This document shows positions 23,117 through 24,000 of a DNA stretch of 24,000 nt, piece by piece (the first letter of the stretch is position 1; every line of letters starts with the position of its first letter). The stretch covers positions 5,893,233-5,917,232 of the forward strand of contig NZ_CP076103.1 in assembly GCF_018732085.1 (NCBI RefSeq), written 5' to 3'. The notes beneath the pieces were generated by a model that saw only the letters and a program-made list of their open reading frames with translations, was not told where the DNA came from and ran no database searches. The stretch comes from Lysobacter capsici. Lineage in GTDB: Bacteria > Pseudomonadota > Gammaproteobacteria > Xanthomonadales > Xanthomonadaceae. The position numbers were made by a program, and so were the translations under genes.

Positions 23117-23231
23117 CGAGGTCTTTTGTGGGAGGGGATTTATCCCCGATGCCTTTCGTTCCGATCGCGATGCATCTTCTTGGCCTGACCGAACAGCATC
23201 GGGGATAAATCCCCTCCCACAAAAGACCTCG
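23117..23231. repeat. REP doublet (REPIN-like), family A, copy 4 (perfect 36-bp terminal inverted repeats)
   Basis: cgaggtcttttgtgggaggggatttatccccgatgc (23117-23152) is the exact reverse complement of 23196-23231. The inner hairpin is changed to GGGGAT-tt-ATCCCC in both arms. A partial tandem duplicate of the left end (agccgctcgaggtcttttgtggga) lies at 23081-23104. Confidence 0.85.
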
Positions 23232-23259
23232 CCGCCTCACCCAGTAGAACCATCCGCGC

Positions 23260-24000
23260 TCAGGCCAACGCGGCGCGGAAGAATTCGTCCAGCCGGTCGG
23301 CATTCCCCGATCCCGCCGCCAACACCGGCGCCTGCGTCTGCATCCGCTCGATTTCAGCCTCGAGGAAATCGCTGATCGCCGCGATCCGCGGCCCGGCCGC
23401 GACCTCGGCGCTGTGCCGCTTGCGCACCAGCAAGGCATCGACCGCCTCGCGCACCGGCCCGTCGGGCAGCAGCCGCGCCAGCAGATCCTCGAACGCCATC
23501 GGCGGCGGACCCTCGGCGCGCTCGATCCACTGGCAGGCCAGCACCGGGCGCAGCACGTACAGATACTTCTTGGTCCGCACCTCCTCGCCCTGTAGATGAC
23601 CTCGGAACGTTCCCTTGGCCATGCTCAAGTAGTGATGCCACGCCGCGACCGGCGAATAGAACTCGTTGGCCAGGGTCCGCAGTCCGGCGCTGAGCGCGCC
23701 GTCCTCGCGGTACACGATCGGCGAGCGCAGCCATTCCGACAGGGTCGGATTGGATTTCGACAACAGCCGCAGAGCCTTGCGCAGGTCCCAGCCGCTGACA
23801 TCCAGCTCGCTGTCGATCGGCAGCTCGATCACGTCGCGCTGCGGCTCGCTGGGGCCGCAGCGCTCGTTGACCGTCAGGTACCACGGCTGCTTGTGCATAT
23901 AGACGAAGCGCGCGTCGTAATCGCTGTCGGGCGAGGAAAACCCCCAGCCGCGGCTGCCCGATTCGCAGGCATAGACGATCCGCACGTCGTGGTCGCGCTC
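23260..24000 (-). CDS. predicted nucleotidyltransferase (pol-beta superfamily, PF10127/RlaP/YcgL-like); N-terminus outside the window
   Basis: ACESGSRGWGFSSPDSDYDARFVY is the G-S...D-x-D NTase signature of this family. The frame remains open to base 24000 (the track start at 23985 is a GTG inside the ORF). TGA stop at 23260-23262. Confidence 0.8.
   Translation of the reverse strand, partial: ERDHDVRIVYACESGSRGWGFSSPDSDYDARFVYMHKQPWYLTVNERCGPSEPQRDVIELPIDSELDVSGWDLRKALRLLSKSNPTLSEWLRSPIVYREDGALSAGLRTLANEFYSPVAAWHHYLSMAKGTFRGHLQGEEVRTKKYLYVLRPVLACQWIERAEGPPPMAFEDLLARLLPDGPVREAVDALLVRKRHSAEVAAGPRIAAISDFLEAEIERMQTQAPVLAAGSGNADRLDEFFRAALA

Noticed and set aside
1-24000. tRNA, rRNA, tmRNA, riboswitch, integron attC, IS elements, prophage remnants, and known defence systems (RM, CBASS, retron, Abi, TA)
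   Set aside because: I scanned the intergenic regions and gene products by eye. I found no T-loop or cloverleaf-like sequence, no transposase, integrase or recombinase-like product, no reverse transcriptase, and no nuclease/ATPase pairs. Every sizeable gap is explained by REP-type repeats or promoter regions. This by-eye absence should be confirmed with tRNAscan/Infernal and DefenseFinder/PADLOC.

Overview
High-GC (roughly 68-70% by eye) chromosomal segment. The gene content and the REP-type repeats suggest a Xanthomonadales/Lysobacterales (Lysobacter-like) gammaproteobacterium; this is inference only. I support 21 protein-coding genes, two of them cut by the window edges. Recognisable housekeeping genes are plsB, rep and tdk. 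There is also a four-gene archaic (Csu-like) chaperone-usher pilus locus with SCPU-domain subunits, and a class C acid phosphatase lipoprotein. Other recognisable genes are a translationally coupled ArsR/SRPBCC pair, a GNAT-GNAT-RidA string, a Sel1-like secreted protein and a pol-beta-type nucleotidyltransferase. Several genes are unrecognisable exported, membrane or lipoprotein genes. Almost all long intergenic gaps are filled by REP doublets (REPIN-like elements) of at least three sequence families. I found no rRNA, tRNA, CRISPR array, transposase, integrase or recognisable defence or toxin-antitoxin module. I also found no convincing previously undescribed multi-gene system. The items most worth a second look are: (1) the minimal SCPU pilus locus with a sigma54-like promoter; (2) a ~200-aa Pro/Asp-rich N-terminal extension on PlsB; (3) two ~30% G+C islands with a shared motif bracketing the phosphatase gene, next to an ArsR regulator; (4) a highly structured minus-strand region ending in a good intrinsic terminator, possibly a 3'UTR or sRNA; (5) the REPIN families, whose hairpins show compensatory changes. 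The many long alternate-frame and antisense ORFs in the track are high-GC artefacts.
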